Assembly: GCA_044222475.1 (NCBI GenBank)
Contig: JBGANF010000010.1
Location: 32,001-96,000 of the forward strand
Direction of reading: 5' to 3'
Length of the DNA: 64,000 nt
From: Polyangiaceae bacterium
GTDB lineage: Bacteria; Myxococcota_A; Polyangia; Polyangiales; Polyangiaceae
The first letter of the stretch is position 1. Every line of letters starts with the position of its first letter. Below are positions 38,419 to 47,572 of this stretch, piece by piece. The notes under the pieces were generated by a model. The model was given only the letters and a program-made list of their open reading frames with translations. It was not told the DNA's origin and ran no database searches. Both the position numbers and the translations under genes were made by a program.

Positions 38419-39360
38419 TCACTGGCAGTAGGTGGCGTCCTTCGCGATCGCCGCGATGGCCGAGTGCATGGTTCCCTGCGCCTTGAATGCGTCGATGCAC
38501 TTGTCGAAGACGTCGGCCTCGCACGTGTATTCGTCGCGCCCGTAGAGGAAGTTGAATGCGAGACGGCATGCGTTGAAGCGGAAGTTCTCCGTCTCGACGA
38601 GCGCCTGCACGAGCTCCCCGTCGTTCGCGATGGTCTTGCCGTCGAGGATCTGTTGGGGCCCTTCGGTCGGCGGCGTGAAGGTCATGTTGGCGCCGGTGCC
38701 CTTGCGGAAGCTCAGCACCTTGGCGACCTTGTCGAGCGCGTACCAGCTCTCGTAGTGGCAGCCTTTGCAGGCGGACGCTTGGCGCCCGGTCGCGGAGAGG
38801 TCGAGTCCGTCGACCGCGGTCGTCGCGAGGAGCTGGAGGCCCGTCGTGTTCTGGAGGATCCGGTACGCGGCAGTGATGCGGTAGCCGCCGAGCTCGTTGC
38901 CGGCGTAGCGCCGCATCCACGCCGTGCTGCGGAAGTACCCGAGCCCGTTCGGATCGTCGGTGACGGCGGCGTCGACGTTGAACTTCCCGACGAACATGTC
39001 CTTCCACGGCCGCTTGTTCACCATCACGTACTTCGCGAGCGTGTACGACGCGTCCTCGGGCACGTTGGCGCCCGGGTCCGGATTGAACTCCGCGTTGATG
39101 AAGCGAGCGAACCGATCCTGGAAGTCGGCGTCGGCCAGCAACGCGTCGACCTGGTCCTGCGGGTTCGTCGCCGTCATGAGCTGCGACGACGGCGCCTTGC
39201 CGAGGAAGGCGATCGAGAGGCGCGTGGCGCACCGCTCCTTGAGCTCCGCCGGATCCGCGTTCTCGGCTTGCACCGGTCGCGCGAGGACGGCAGCAGCAGC
39301 GATGGGCACGGCGGCGAGCGGGATCGCCGCGCGGAGGATTCGCTTCCAGATCGGGTTCAT
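38419..39360 (-). CDS. Secreted protein with one CxxCH heme motif (DUF1585/DUF1588-like partner of DUF1501)
   Basis: Signal peptide (VQA-E), ACKGCH and FRFNACRLAFNFLYGR. Confidence 0.7.
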   Translation of the reverse strand: MNPIWKRILRAAIPLAAVPIAAAAVLARPVQAENADPAELKERCATRLSIAFLGKAPSSQLMTATNPQDQVDALLADADFQDRFARFINAEFNPDPGANVPEDASYTLAKYVMVNKRPWKDMFVGKFNVDAAVTDDPNGLGYFRSTAWMRRYAGNELGGYRITAAYRILQNTTGLQLLATTAVDGLDLSATGRQASACKGCHYESWYALDKVAKVLSFRKGTGANMTFTPPTEGPQQILDGKTIANDGELVQALVETENFRFNACRLAFNFLYGRDEYTCEADVFDKCIDAFKAQGTMHSAIAAIAKDATYCQ

Positions 39361-39384
39361 GGTGCCTCCCACCACCTCCACGTT

Positions 39385-39400
39385 TGCAGCCGGCGTGCCG
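39385..39400 (-). promoter_or_regulatory. Sigma54-like promoter of the DUF1501 operon
   Basis: CGGCAC-GCCGG-CTGCA. Confidence 0.5.
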
Positions 39401-39587
39401 CTCGCGGCGGGCCTTTGCCGATCCAGGGTCGCGCGCAAGCCGTGCGCCCAACCCCGCGATACGAAACGGGTGCGCGATGTAGGAGCATGAGCCCAAACGT
39501 GCGCCTCGCGGTCGTTTTCGCGAGGTTCGGGCGCACTCGCGACCCACCTGCGGATCGTTTGCGAGCCACCGAAGCTACGATGGCGCC

Positions 39588-40778
39588 ATGATTCGACTCG
39601 GCTCGCTCGTCGCCCTCTCGCTCCTCATTCCTTGTGCGGCGTGCAGCGAGTCGCCCACGCCGGCGGCGACGCCGGACGCAAGCATCGACGTCGGCGCAGA
39701 CGTCGTCGTCGACGTCGCGCTCGACCGAGCCATCGTCGACACGGGCCCCGACGCGCCGGATGCGGCCAAAGCTCCAACGCGGCTCTTCGTCGCCCACGGG
39801 ACCGGCGTCCTCGTGTGGAACGACGCGACCACGCTCGTCGCCGCCGCGCCGCCCACCACCACCCTCACCGATCCTTCGGTGGCGAGTGGCACGAACGGCC
39901 TGGCGCTCCTCGGCTCGCGGCTGTTCGTGCTCGCGACGACGAACCCGGGATCGCTCGTGGGCTTCGACGCCGCGAGCACCGTCGCCGGAGCAGCCGCGCC
40001 CGCGTTCGTGATCCCCGGCTCGGCGTTCTTCAACGGATCGACCGGAGCTCAGCGCATCTATGTGGACGGCGCGAGCGACACGGCGTGGACGAGCAGCTAC
40101 TTGCAAGGCGCCCAGCTCCTCACTGGAGCGTCGACCCTCACGTCGGCTTCGGCGCCGAAGGCCGTGTTCAACCACGTCGCCCAGCAGGTCCCGGGCGTCG
40201 CGTACGACGCCATCGGAGATCGTCTCTTCCTCGGTCAAGCCACCAACATCGGCCTGCTCACGTGGAACGCGGCGAAAACGAAGACCGGTACGCCGACAAA
40301 CGACTTCGCCACGCTCGGCTTCGCACCGCTCTCGCTCGCGCTCGCCCAGGACCGCCTCTATGGAGGAGGCAACCTCGCGACCGACGCAGGGTCGGTGCCC
40401 GCAGTCGCCATCTGGACGAACGTGTCCACGTTTTCGGCGCCGAAGCCACCCGCGGTGACGCTGCGGACGGCAGCGACGATCAACGCGACGGTGAAGGAGG
40501 TCTCGGTGTCGAACGACGTGCTCGTCGTCGCCCTCCAGAACGACGAGGTGAGACTCTACGTCGGTGCCGCGTCGCTCGCGACCGACACTGCACCTTCCGC
40601 CACCGTGAAGGGCAATTTCACGGGGGTGAAGCGGGCGCTGCTCTCCAAAACGAAGCGCCTGTTCGTGCTCGATGGGGAGGGCGTCGCGATCTTCGACTCC
40701 GCGACCACGACCCCCACCTTCGTGACGAAGCTGAAGCCCGCGAGCGGCTCGGTTTGGGACTTCACACTGTTGGAGTGA
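39588..40778 (+). CDS. Beta-propeller-like lipoprotein
   Basis: Lipobox CAAC; repeated RLFV/RLYG blades. Confidence 0.7.
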   Translation: MIRLGSLVALSLLIPCAACSESPTPAATPDASIDVGADVVVDVALDRAIVDTGPDAPDAAKAPTRLFVAHGTGVLVWNDATTLVAAAPPTTTLTDPSVASGTNGLALLGSRLFVLATTNPGSLVGFDAASTVAGAAAPAFVIPGSAFFNGSTGAQRIYVDGASDTAWTSSYLQGAQLLTGASTLTSASAPKAVFNHVAQQVPGVAYDAIGDRLFLGQATNIGLLTWNAAKTKTGTPTNDFATLGFAPLSLALAQDRLYGGGNLATDAGSVPAVAIWTNVSTFSAPKPPAVTLRTAATINATVKEVSVSNDVLVVALQNDEVRLYVGAASLATDTAPSATVKGNFTGVKRALLSKTKRLFVLDGEGVAIFDSATTTPTFVTKLKPASGSVWDFTLLE

Positions 40779-40784
40779 CCACCG

Positions 40785-41651
40785 TCACGGTTGCAGCTCG
40801 TAGCGGTGCTCTCGCACCCACGAGCCGAGGAAGCGCGCGTACGCGGTTGGGACCGCGAGCACGATCATCGAGCTGAGCGCCGTCCACACGAACGGGATCG
40901 CGATGCCGAGCACCGCGATCCTCTCGCACGCGACGTAGATCAGAGACACGAGGACCAGCACCGGCGCGCTCGCGAATGCCATCACGGCATACGGGCGCCC
41001 GATCGAGAGGCCCAACGCGATCGCCGGCCACGGGTTCACGATGCGCCGGAAAGGCACTCGATGCGCGGCGAGGATCAACCCCGCCGGCAGGTAGTAGGCC
41101 GTCCAGAGAAGACCAAAGGGGATCGCGAGATCGACCTCGGCGAGGTCGGCGATCGTGAGCGGCAAGGTCGCGATGATCTGAACGAGGATCACGCGAAACC
41201 ACGGCCCGACGATGTCACCCACCTCGACGAAGTCGGGCGGAGTCCACACGTCCTTGCCGTCGGCCGTCTGGCGGAGGATCTGAGCGAGGTAAATGACTGC
41301 GACGCCGCCGACGATCGGTGACGCCATCAGCGGCAGGATGCTCACGAGCGCGCACGCGATGCCGGTCGCGAGGAGGCCGAGAAGCGTGCCGCGGTGGGCG
41401 AGGAACTTCGCGGAGTCGATCGCGATCTCGAGGAGCGTCCGGCTCTCCATCGAGTGCTCGCGCTTCAACGCCATGCCGCAGTGCGGACACGTCGCGATCG
41501 TCTTCGCGGTCGCGGCCATCCCGGGCACCGCGACGAGCTTCGCTTCCGCTTCCTCGACGTACCGATCGCAGCGCTCGCACCGGTAGGCGCCGTCCCCGTC
41601 GTTTCGCTGCGATGCCTCGCGGATCACCGGTTCGGTCGGGGCCACCCTCAC
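40785..41651 (-). CDS. Membrane protein with N-terminal zinc ribbon (DUF4013-like)
   Basis: CERC...CPHC followed by several TM helices. Confidence 0.7.
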   Translation of the reverse strand: MRVAPTEPVIREASQRNDGDGAYRCERCDRYVEEAEAKLVAVPGMAATAKTIATCPHCGMALKREHSMESRTLLEIAIDSAKFLAHRGTLLGLLATGIACALVSILPLMASPIVGGVAVIYLAQILRQTADGKDVWTPPDFVEVGDIVGPWFRVILVQIIATLPLTIADLAEVDLAIPFGLLWTAYYLPAGLILAAHRVPFRRIVNPWPAIALGLSIGRPYAVMAFASAPVLVLVSLIYVACERIAVLGIAIPFVWTALSSMIVLAVPTAYARFLGSWVREHRYELQP

Positions 41652-41743
41652 CGTTCCAGATTATCCGGTTTTCCGGCCACACTGGAAACGCGCTCCAAGC
41701 TCCTTGCGCCGCGCCCATCTACCGATCCACAGTGTGCTCGTTC

Positions 41744-42142
41744 ATGCGGAGCGCTTTCCGGATCGTCTTTGCGGTGCTCACCGCCACGCTGGTCTTCATG
41801 TCGGCCGCGTGGTTCGGTGCCCGCGATGCGCACGCCGCCGCCCCGCAGTGCGACGAGCGCGGCGCGACGACCTTCGCAAAGAACCCGCTCCTCGACGCGA
41901 CGACCGCGTCGATCGACATCGGTGAGGACTGCAGCATTCCGGTCCCCGGCATCGACGACCGCGCCTACGAAGAGGGTCGCGGCTCGATGCCCGATCTCGG
42001 CGGCAGCGTCCCGCAGTCCATCCTCCCGTCCCACACGGGTACGGCCAGCGCGCCCTGCATGCTTCTTCCGTGGGCCCCCTCCCAGGACCCTCACGGTCCC
42101 GGTGGTGTCCTCTCCACGGTCGATCGCCCGCCTCGAAGCTGA
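41744..42142 (+). CDS. Secreted leader protein with C-terminal RPP motif (DUF2946/CutF-like candidate arrest peptide)
   Basis: Sec signal (AHA-A), three Cys, Pro-rich tail ending VDRPPRS*; sits upstream of the DsbA genes. Confidence 0.7.
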   Translation: MRSAFRIVFAVLTATLVFMSAAWFGARDAHAAAPQCDERGATTFAKNPLLDATTASIDIGEDCSIPVPGIDDRAYEEGRGSMPDLGGSVPQSILPSHTGTASAPCMLLPWAPSQDPHGPGGVLSTVDRPPRS

Positions 42143-42279
42143 GGCGGTTCCCGATAGCGCCAAAGTGATCGCGGCCTGACGCGCCGCATCGCTCGCCCTG
42201 AGCACTCCGCGGAACAGGCGGTGCTCGCGGCGCGGGCGTGTGCTCTCTCTGTTCCTTTCTTCAAACCAGGTGAATCGAA

Positions 42280-44307
42280 ATGGCAAAGCAAGAGAAACAG
42301 GCCACCGAGCCTACGTCGGAAGGATCCGGCGGAATCAACCCCGGGGTCGCCATCATCGGCTTCCTCATGTGCTTCCTCGCGGGTGCAGCCCTCATGTGGG
42401 GCTACGACCAGAAGCGAACCAAGTCGGACATCGGCGCCGACACCACCGCGGTCGCGAACTGGAACGACGAAGGTGCGTCGATCCCGATCTCGAGCAAGGA
42501 CCCCATGTGGGGCAACCGCGACGCTCCGGTCACGATCGTCCACTTCTCGGACTTCCAGTGCCCGTACTGCTCGAAGGTCGATCTCACGATGGACGAGATC
42601 AAGAAGGCCTACGGCAAGGACAAGGTCCGCATCATCTGGAAGAACGAGCCGCTCTCGTTCCACCCGAACGCCAAGCCGGCCGCGGAAGCGGCGATGGGCG
42701 TGTTCGCGCTCAAGGGCAACGACGGTTTCTGGAAGTTCCACGACACCGCGTTCCACAACCAGAGCGCGCTCTCGCGCGAGAGCTACGAGAAGTGGGCCAA
42801 GGAAGCCGGCGTCGACATGCCGAAGTTCAAGGCCGGTCTCGACGCTCACACCTGGGCGGCCCGCGTCGACGCGGACCACGAGCTCGCGCAGAAGGTCGGC
42901 GTCAACGGAACCCCGGCGTCGTACATCAACGGCGTCGAGGTCGGTGGCGCGCAGCCCTTCGAGAAGTTCAAGTCGGTCATCGACCAGGAGCTCGCGAAGG
43001 CTCAGGCCAAGATCGCGGCGGGCACGCCGAAGGACAAGGTCTACGTGACCATGTCGCTCGAGAACAAGAAGAACGCTCCCCCGCCCGCCGAGGCCGAGGA
43101 CGATCCGCAAAACGACACGAAGACGGTCAACAAGATCGGCGTCGAGAAGAGCCCGATCAAGGGCGACTCGAACACGGCTCTCGTGACCATCATCGAGTTC
43201 TCGGACTTCCAGTGCCCGTACTGCAAGCGCGTCGAGCCGTCGCTCCAGGGCGTCGCCCAGAAGTACGGCAACAAGGTCCGCTTCGTGTGGAAGCACGAGC
43301 CGCTCCCGTTCCACCCGCGCGCAGAGCCCGCCGCTGAAGTCGCGCTCGAAGCGCGCGCGCAGAAGGGCGACAAGGGCTTCTGGGACATGCACGACCTTCT
43401 GTTTGGCCCGATGGGCGCGGATCCGAACCGCCCCGACGCGGCCAAGCTCGAGGACGCGGACTTCGAGGGCTACGCGAAGCAGCTCGGCCTCGACGTCGAG
43501 AAGGTGAAGACCGCGATCAAGACGCACAAGTACAAGGCCGAGATCGACGCCGATCAGGACCAGGCCGAAGACTTCGGCGCGTCCGGTACGCCGCACTTCT
43601 TCATCAACGGCCGCCGCCTCGTCGGTGCGCAGCCGCAGTCGGCGTTCGAGAAGATCATCGACGAGGAGATCAAGAAGGCTCAGGACCTGCTCGCCAAGGG
43701 CACGTCGCAGGCCGACCTCTACTCGACGCTGATCAAGGACGGCAAGGGCCCGGCGGCTCCGGAGAAGAAGACCATCGCTGCGTCGGCGAACGCGCCGGCG
43801 AAGGGTGCGCTCGGCTCGAAGGTCACCGTGACCATCATCTCCGACTTCCAGTGCCCGTACTGCAAGATGGTCGAAGAGACGCTCACCGAGGTCTACAAGA
43901 ACTACGGCACCAAGGTGAAGTTCGTCTGGCGCAACAAGCCGCTCCCGATGCACCCGGATGCACCGCTCGCCGCGGAAGCGGCGCTCGAGGCGTTCAAGCA
44001 GAAGGGCAACGACGGCTTTTGGAAGTATCACGACAAGCTCTTCGCGGCCCAAGGGCAGCAGGACGGGCTCAAGCGTGAGAACCTCGAGAAGATCGCGCAG
44101 GAGCAGGGGCTCGACATGGCCAAGTTCAAGGCCTCGCTCGACAACCACTCGCACAAGGCCGAAGTCGACGCGGACGCGAAGGCGGCGGACGACGCGGGCA
44201 TCGGCGGAACGCCGGCGTTCGTCGTCAACGGCTACTTCGTGAACGGCGCGCAGCCGTACGGGAAGTTCCGCAAGGTCATCGAGCTGGCGCTCGCCGAAGC
44301 GAAGTGA
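42280..44307 (+). CDS. Membrane-anchored triple DsbA/thioredoxin-domain protein
   Basis: Three SDFQCPYC motifs, each with a cis-Pro GTP motif; N-terminal TM. Confidence 0.92.
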   Translation: MAKQEKQATEPTSEGSGGINPGVAIIGFLMCFLAGAALMWGYDQKRTKSDIGADTTAVANWNDEGASIPISSKDPMWGNRDAPVTIVHFSDFQCPYCSKVDLTMDEIKKAYGKDKVRIIWKNEPLSFHPNAKPAAEAAMGVFALKGNDGFWKFHDTAFHNQSALSRESYEKWAKEAGVDMPKFKAGLDAHTWAARVDADHELAQKVGVNGTPASYINGVEVGGAQPFEKFKSVIDQELAKAQAKIAAGTPKDKVYVTMSLENKKNAPPPAEAEDDPQNDTKTVNKIGVEKSPIKGDSNTALVTIIEFSDFQCPYCKRVEPSLQGVAQKYGNKVRFVWKHEPLPFHPRAEPAAEVALEARAQKGDKGFWDMHDLLFGPMGADPNRPDAAKLEDADFEGYAKQLGLDVEKVKTAIKTHKYKAEIDADQDQAEDFGASGTPHFFINGRRLVGAQPQSAFEKIIDEEIKKAQDLLAKGTSQADLYSTLIKDGKGPAAPEKKTIAASANAPAKGALGSKVTVTIISDFQCPYCKMVEETLTEVYKNYGTKVKFVWRNKPLPMHPDAPLAAEAALEAFKQKGNDGFWKYHDKLFAAQGQQDGLKRENLEKIAQEQGLDMAKFKASLDNHSHKAEVDADAKAADDAGIGGTPAFVVNGYFVNGAQPYGKFRKVIELALAEAK

Positions 44308-44369
44308 CGCGCTTCGTGACACCCGAAGGGGTGAGCTAGCCAGGAATGGGACGCGAAAGCGTCTCGCCG

Positions 44370-44399
44370 AACGCCCCGCGGGAAACCGCGGGGCGTTTT
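44370..44399 (+). terminator. Intrinsic terminator
   Basis: aacgccccgcgg-gaaa-ccgcggggcgtt followed by a T-rich tract. Confidence 0.75.
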
Positions 44400-44467
44400 G
44401 CGTTTGTGCGCCGCCGATGCTGCGACGCGCTGACCATGTGCCCCGAAGTCTGCTACGCCTTTCCCCC

Positions 44468-46432
44468 GTGAAGTCGGCTCGTTCTCTCGCTCTCGCGCTC
44501 CTCGGCCTGCTCGTGTTCCTCGTCGCTTGCGGCGGCGGAACGAACCGGCCCGAACCGGCGATCGCGCTGCCCGTCGTCCACGGCGACGCCGTCGGCAACG
44601 TGCCGAAGGCCCCGCTCGGGTCGTCCGAAGCCGACGCCGCGGTTCCGATCGACGACGATGATCCCGTCTTGGGATCACGCCAGGCGCTCGTCACCATCGT
44701 CGAGTTCACCGACTTCCAGTGCCCGTTCTGCGGCAAGGCCTACCTGACGCTGGAGAGGCTCGTCCGTGAGTACGGCCCCGACACGCTCCGCGTGGTCTTC
44801 AAAAACGAGCCCCTCCCGTTCCACCCGATGGCCAAGCCCGCCGCGGAAGCGGGCATCGCGATCCACGAGCGAGTCGGCGCGGACGCGTTCTGGCGCTACT
44901 ACCGCCTCGTCTTCGAGAACCAAGCAACCCTCACCGACGCCAACATCGAGGCGTGGGCGTCGCAAGTCGGGCTCCCGCCGAACGTACTCCACGACGCGAT
45001 GCACACCCCGCGCGTCACCACGAAGCTCGAGCGCGATCACTCCGTCGCCGAGGCGGTCGGCGTGAACGGCACCCCCGCGTTCTTCGTCAACGGCATCTCG
45101 CTCATGGGCGCGCAGCCCTACGAGAGATTCAAAGAGACGATCGACGCCGCGATCGTGAACGCCAAGGACGTGCTCGCGAAGGGCACCGACAAGGACAAGC
45201 TCTACCGCACCGTCGCGGCGGCGAACTTCAAGAAGGCCCCCGACGACGACGACGACGACGCGCCCGACACCACCGTGTGGAAGGCCACCGTCGGCACGAG
45301 CCCGGCGAAGGGTCCGGCGACGGCGCCGGTCACGATGCTCGTCTTCAGCGACTTCCAGTGCCCCTTCTGCAAGAAGGTCGAGCCGACGCTCAAGGCGCTC
45401 CAGGTCAAGTACGGGAACGACCTGCGCATGGTGTGGAAGAATTACCCGCTCGACTTCCACCCGCGCGCGATCCCGGCGGCCATGCTCGCCCTCGAAGCCC
45501 GCGCCGAGAAGGGTGACGCGGCGTTCTGGGACGCGCACGATCGCCTCTTCGCCTCCGCCGACCTCGACGACCCGACGCTCGAAGCGATCGGCAAGGCGCT
45601 CGGGCTCGACGACAAGAAGCTCAAGGACGCGATCGCGAAGAAGAAGTACCAGTCGGTCATCGACGCCGATCAAGACCTCGGCGACGACGTCAACGTGAAC
45701 GGCACGCCGCACTTCCTCATCAACGGGCGCTCCCTCGGCGGCAACCAGCCGCTGCAGAAGTTCATCGCGCTCATCGACGAAGAGATGGGCAAGGCCAAGG
45801 CGAAGATCGCCGCCGGCATCACCGCGCAGGACTACTACGCGGACCTCATGAAGGGCGCGCAGACGGTCCCCGGCCCCACCAAGGTCACGGTGCCCGCTGC
45901 CCCGTCGGCGCCGGTTCGCGGGCTCGCGAGCGCGCCGGTCACCGTCGTCGCGTACGGCGGCTACCAAGACCCCTACTCGCAGAAGGCGAACCAGACGCTG
46001 AAGGACCTCCTCGCCGCGTACCCCGGCAAGGTGAAGATCCAGTGGCGCCACGATCCCCTGGCGATGCACGCCCAAGGACACGCAGCAGCCGAAGCCGCGG
46101 TCGAGGCCTTCAAGGAGAAGGGCAACGACGGGTTCTGGAAGTTCCACGACCTCATGATGGCCAAGGACGGACCCGGCCTCGAGCGCAGCGCGCTCGACGG
46201 CTACGCGAAGACGGTCGGCCTCGATCCGAAGCGCTTCGCGACCGCGCTCGACACCGCCGCCAACGCGAGCGCGGTCGACGCCGACATCGCCACGGCCAAG
46301 ACCCTCGGGTTCAGCGGAACTCCGCAGTTCTACGTGAACGGCTATCCGATCGCCGGCGCGCAGGCGTACCGGAAGTTCCGCCGCCTCGTCGATCGCGCGC
46401 TCGCCGACGCCGCGCCGGGGAAGAAACCTTGA
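44468..46432 (+). CDS. Triple DsbA/thioredoxin-domain lipoprotein (third active site degenerate)
   Basis: Lipobox LVAC; CPFC, CPFC and YQDPYS; paralog of the upstream gene. Confidence 0.9.
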   Translation: MKSARSLALALLGLLVFLVACGGGTNRPEPAIALPVVHGDAVGNVPKAPLGSSEADAAVPIDDDDPVLGSRQALVTIVEFTDFQCPFCGKAYLTLERLVREYGPDTLRVVFKNEPLPFHPMAKPAAEAGIAIHERVGADAFWRYYRLVFENQATLTDANIEAWASQVGLPPNVLHDAMHTPRVTTKLERDHSVAEAVGVNGTPAFFVNGISLMGAQPYERFKETIDAAIVNAKDVLAKGTDKDKLYRTVAAANFKKAPDDDDDDAPDTTVWKATVGTSPAKGPATAPVTMLVFSDFQCPFCKKVEPTLKALQVKYGNDLRMVWKNYPLDFHPRAIPAAMLALEARAEKGDAAFWDAHDRLFASADLDDPTLEAIGKALGLDDKKLKDAIAKKKYQSVIDADQDLGDDVNVNGTPHFLINGRSLGGNQPLQKFIALIDEEMGKAKAKIAAGITAQDYYADLMKGAQTVPGPTKVTVPAAPSAPVRGLASAPVTVVAYGGYQDPYSQKANQTLKDLLAAYPGKVKIQWRHDPLAMHAQGHAAAEAAVEAFKEKGNDGFWKFHDLMMAKDGPGLERSALDGYAKTVGLDPKRFATALDTAANASAVDADIATAKTLGFSGTPQFYVNGYPIAGAQAYRKFRRLVDRALADAAPGKKP

Positions 46433-46452
46433 CCCTGGCTGCTTCTCCGCTC

Positions 46453-47010
46453 GTGAAACGCGCTTCGATCGCGATCGCGACGCTCGGCGCGGCGCTGTGC
46501 TTCTGCGCGGACGCGGGCGCGTTCGAGCGCCAGCACCACCTCGGCATCGAGGGCGGCTTCGGCATGCTGAAGGTCGCCGGCAAAGACACGCTCGATCTCG
46601 GCGCCGGCCCGCAGCTCCACTACGCGTACGGCATCACCGACGCGTTCAACTTCCTCGTCGAGGGCGGCTACTTCCAGGTGGCGCTCGAAGAGGCGTCGGG
46701 CGCGAAGATCCCCGCGAACCGCCCGACCGGTGTCTCCAACCTCGGCGTCGGCATCGCGTACGTCCTCGACGTCGTGCGCTGGGTTCCCTACGGCGGGATC
46801 CTCGCCGATGGGTACCTCTTCACCGGCGGCAACCTCGAGAACCCGCGCTTCGCAGCTGGTCTCGCGCTCGCGCTCGGGCTCGACTACCAATTCTCGCGCA
46901 ACTTCGCGATGGGCTTCGCGTTCCGCCAGCACTTCGCGTTGAGCGCGATCACCGACTATCCGTCGTACTCGCAGTTCTTCCTTCGCGCCGAATACGTATG
47001 GGGGTGGTGA
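46453..47010 (+). CDS. Small outer-membrane beta-barrel protein
   Basis: Signal peptide (AGA-F), amphipathic strands, VPYGG, LGLDYQF and aromatic C-terminus EYVWGW. Confidence 0.75.
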   Translation: MKRASIAIATLGAALCFCADAGAFERQHHLGIEGGFGMLKVAGKDTLDLGAGPQLHYAYGITDAFNFLVEGGYFQVALEEASGAKIPANRPTGVSNLGVGIAYVLDVVRWVPYGGILADGYLFTGGNLENPRFAAGLALALGLDYQFSRNFAMGFAFRQHFALSAITDYPSYSQFFLRAEYVWGW

Positions 47011-47447
47011 TGCGATCCTGGACGTTGCTCTCGGTGCTGCTCGTCGCGACCTTGACCGCCTGCCCCGGAGCCAAGTCCCCGAGCGGCAAGGTGTCGGCCG
47101 AGTTCGATCCCGCGTCGATCACGATGCGTACCGGCAGCCACCAGAGCGCGTCGCTCAAGATCACGAACGGCACCGATCAGCCGCAGAAGATCAACACGTA
47201 CCTCCTCGAGAACGCGACGCTCGAGCTCATCGTGACCGCGAGCGACGGAAAACGGATGCCGTCGCTGTCGCCGCCGGTCCCTCCCCTCGAGTTCTCCCCG
47301 AGCGACTTCACGACGATCGCGCCGGGCGCCGACTACCGCGTGAACCTGGCGCTCTACGATTTCAGCCCGCCGCTTCCGCCGGGGACGTACGCGCTCTCGG
47401 TGAAGGACTACCCCGAGGCGAAGGGGACGCTCGTGGTGGAGCCGTAA
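47010..47447 (+). CDS. Lipoprotein with Ig-like fold
   Basis: TGATG coupling, lipobox LTAC, TIAPG and LPPGTY. Confidence 0.7.
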   Translation: MRSWTLLSVLLVATLTACPGAKSPSGKVSAEFDPASITMRTGSHQSASLKITNGTDQPQKINTYLLENATLELIVTASDGKRMPSLSPPVPPLEFSPSDFTTIAPGADYRVNLALYDFSPPLPPGTYALSVKDYPEAKGTLVVEP

Positions 47448-47543
47448 ACGTTGACGATGACGTGACTGCACCCGCGGTCCTGGTTGTGCCATTCCCGACC
47501 GGCGTGGCACACCGCGAAACCCCGGGAATCAGGCCGGATCGCG

Positions 47544-47559
47544 TGGCACGGCGCCTGCT
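47544..47559 (+). promoter_or_regulatory. Sigma54 promoter with upstream inverted repeat (tgtgcca-N13-tggcaca, 47485-47511)
   Basis: TGGCAC-GGCGC-CTGCT. Confidence 0.65.
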
Positions 47560-47572
47560 CTAGGAGCACGCC

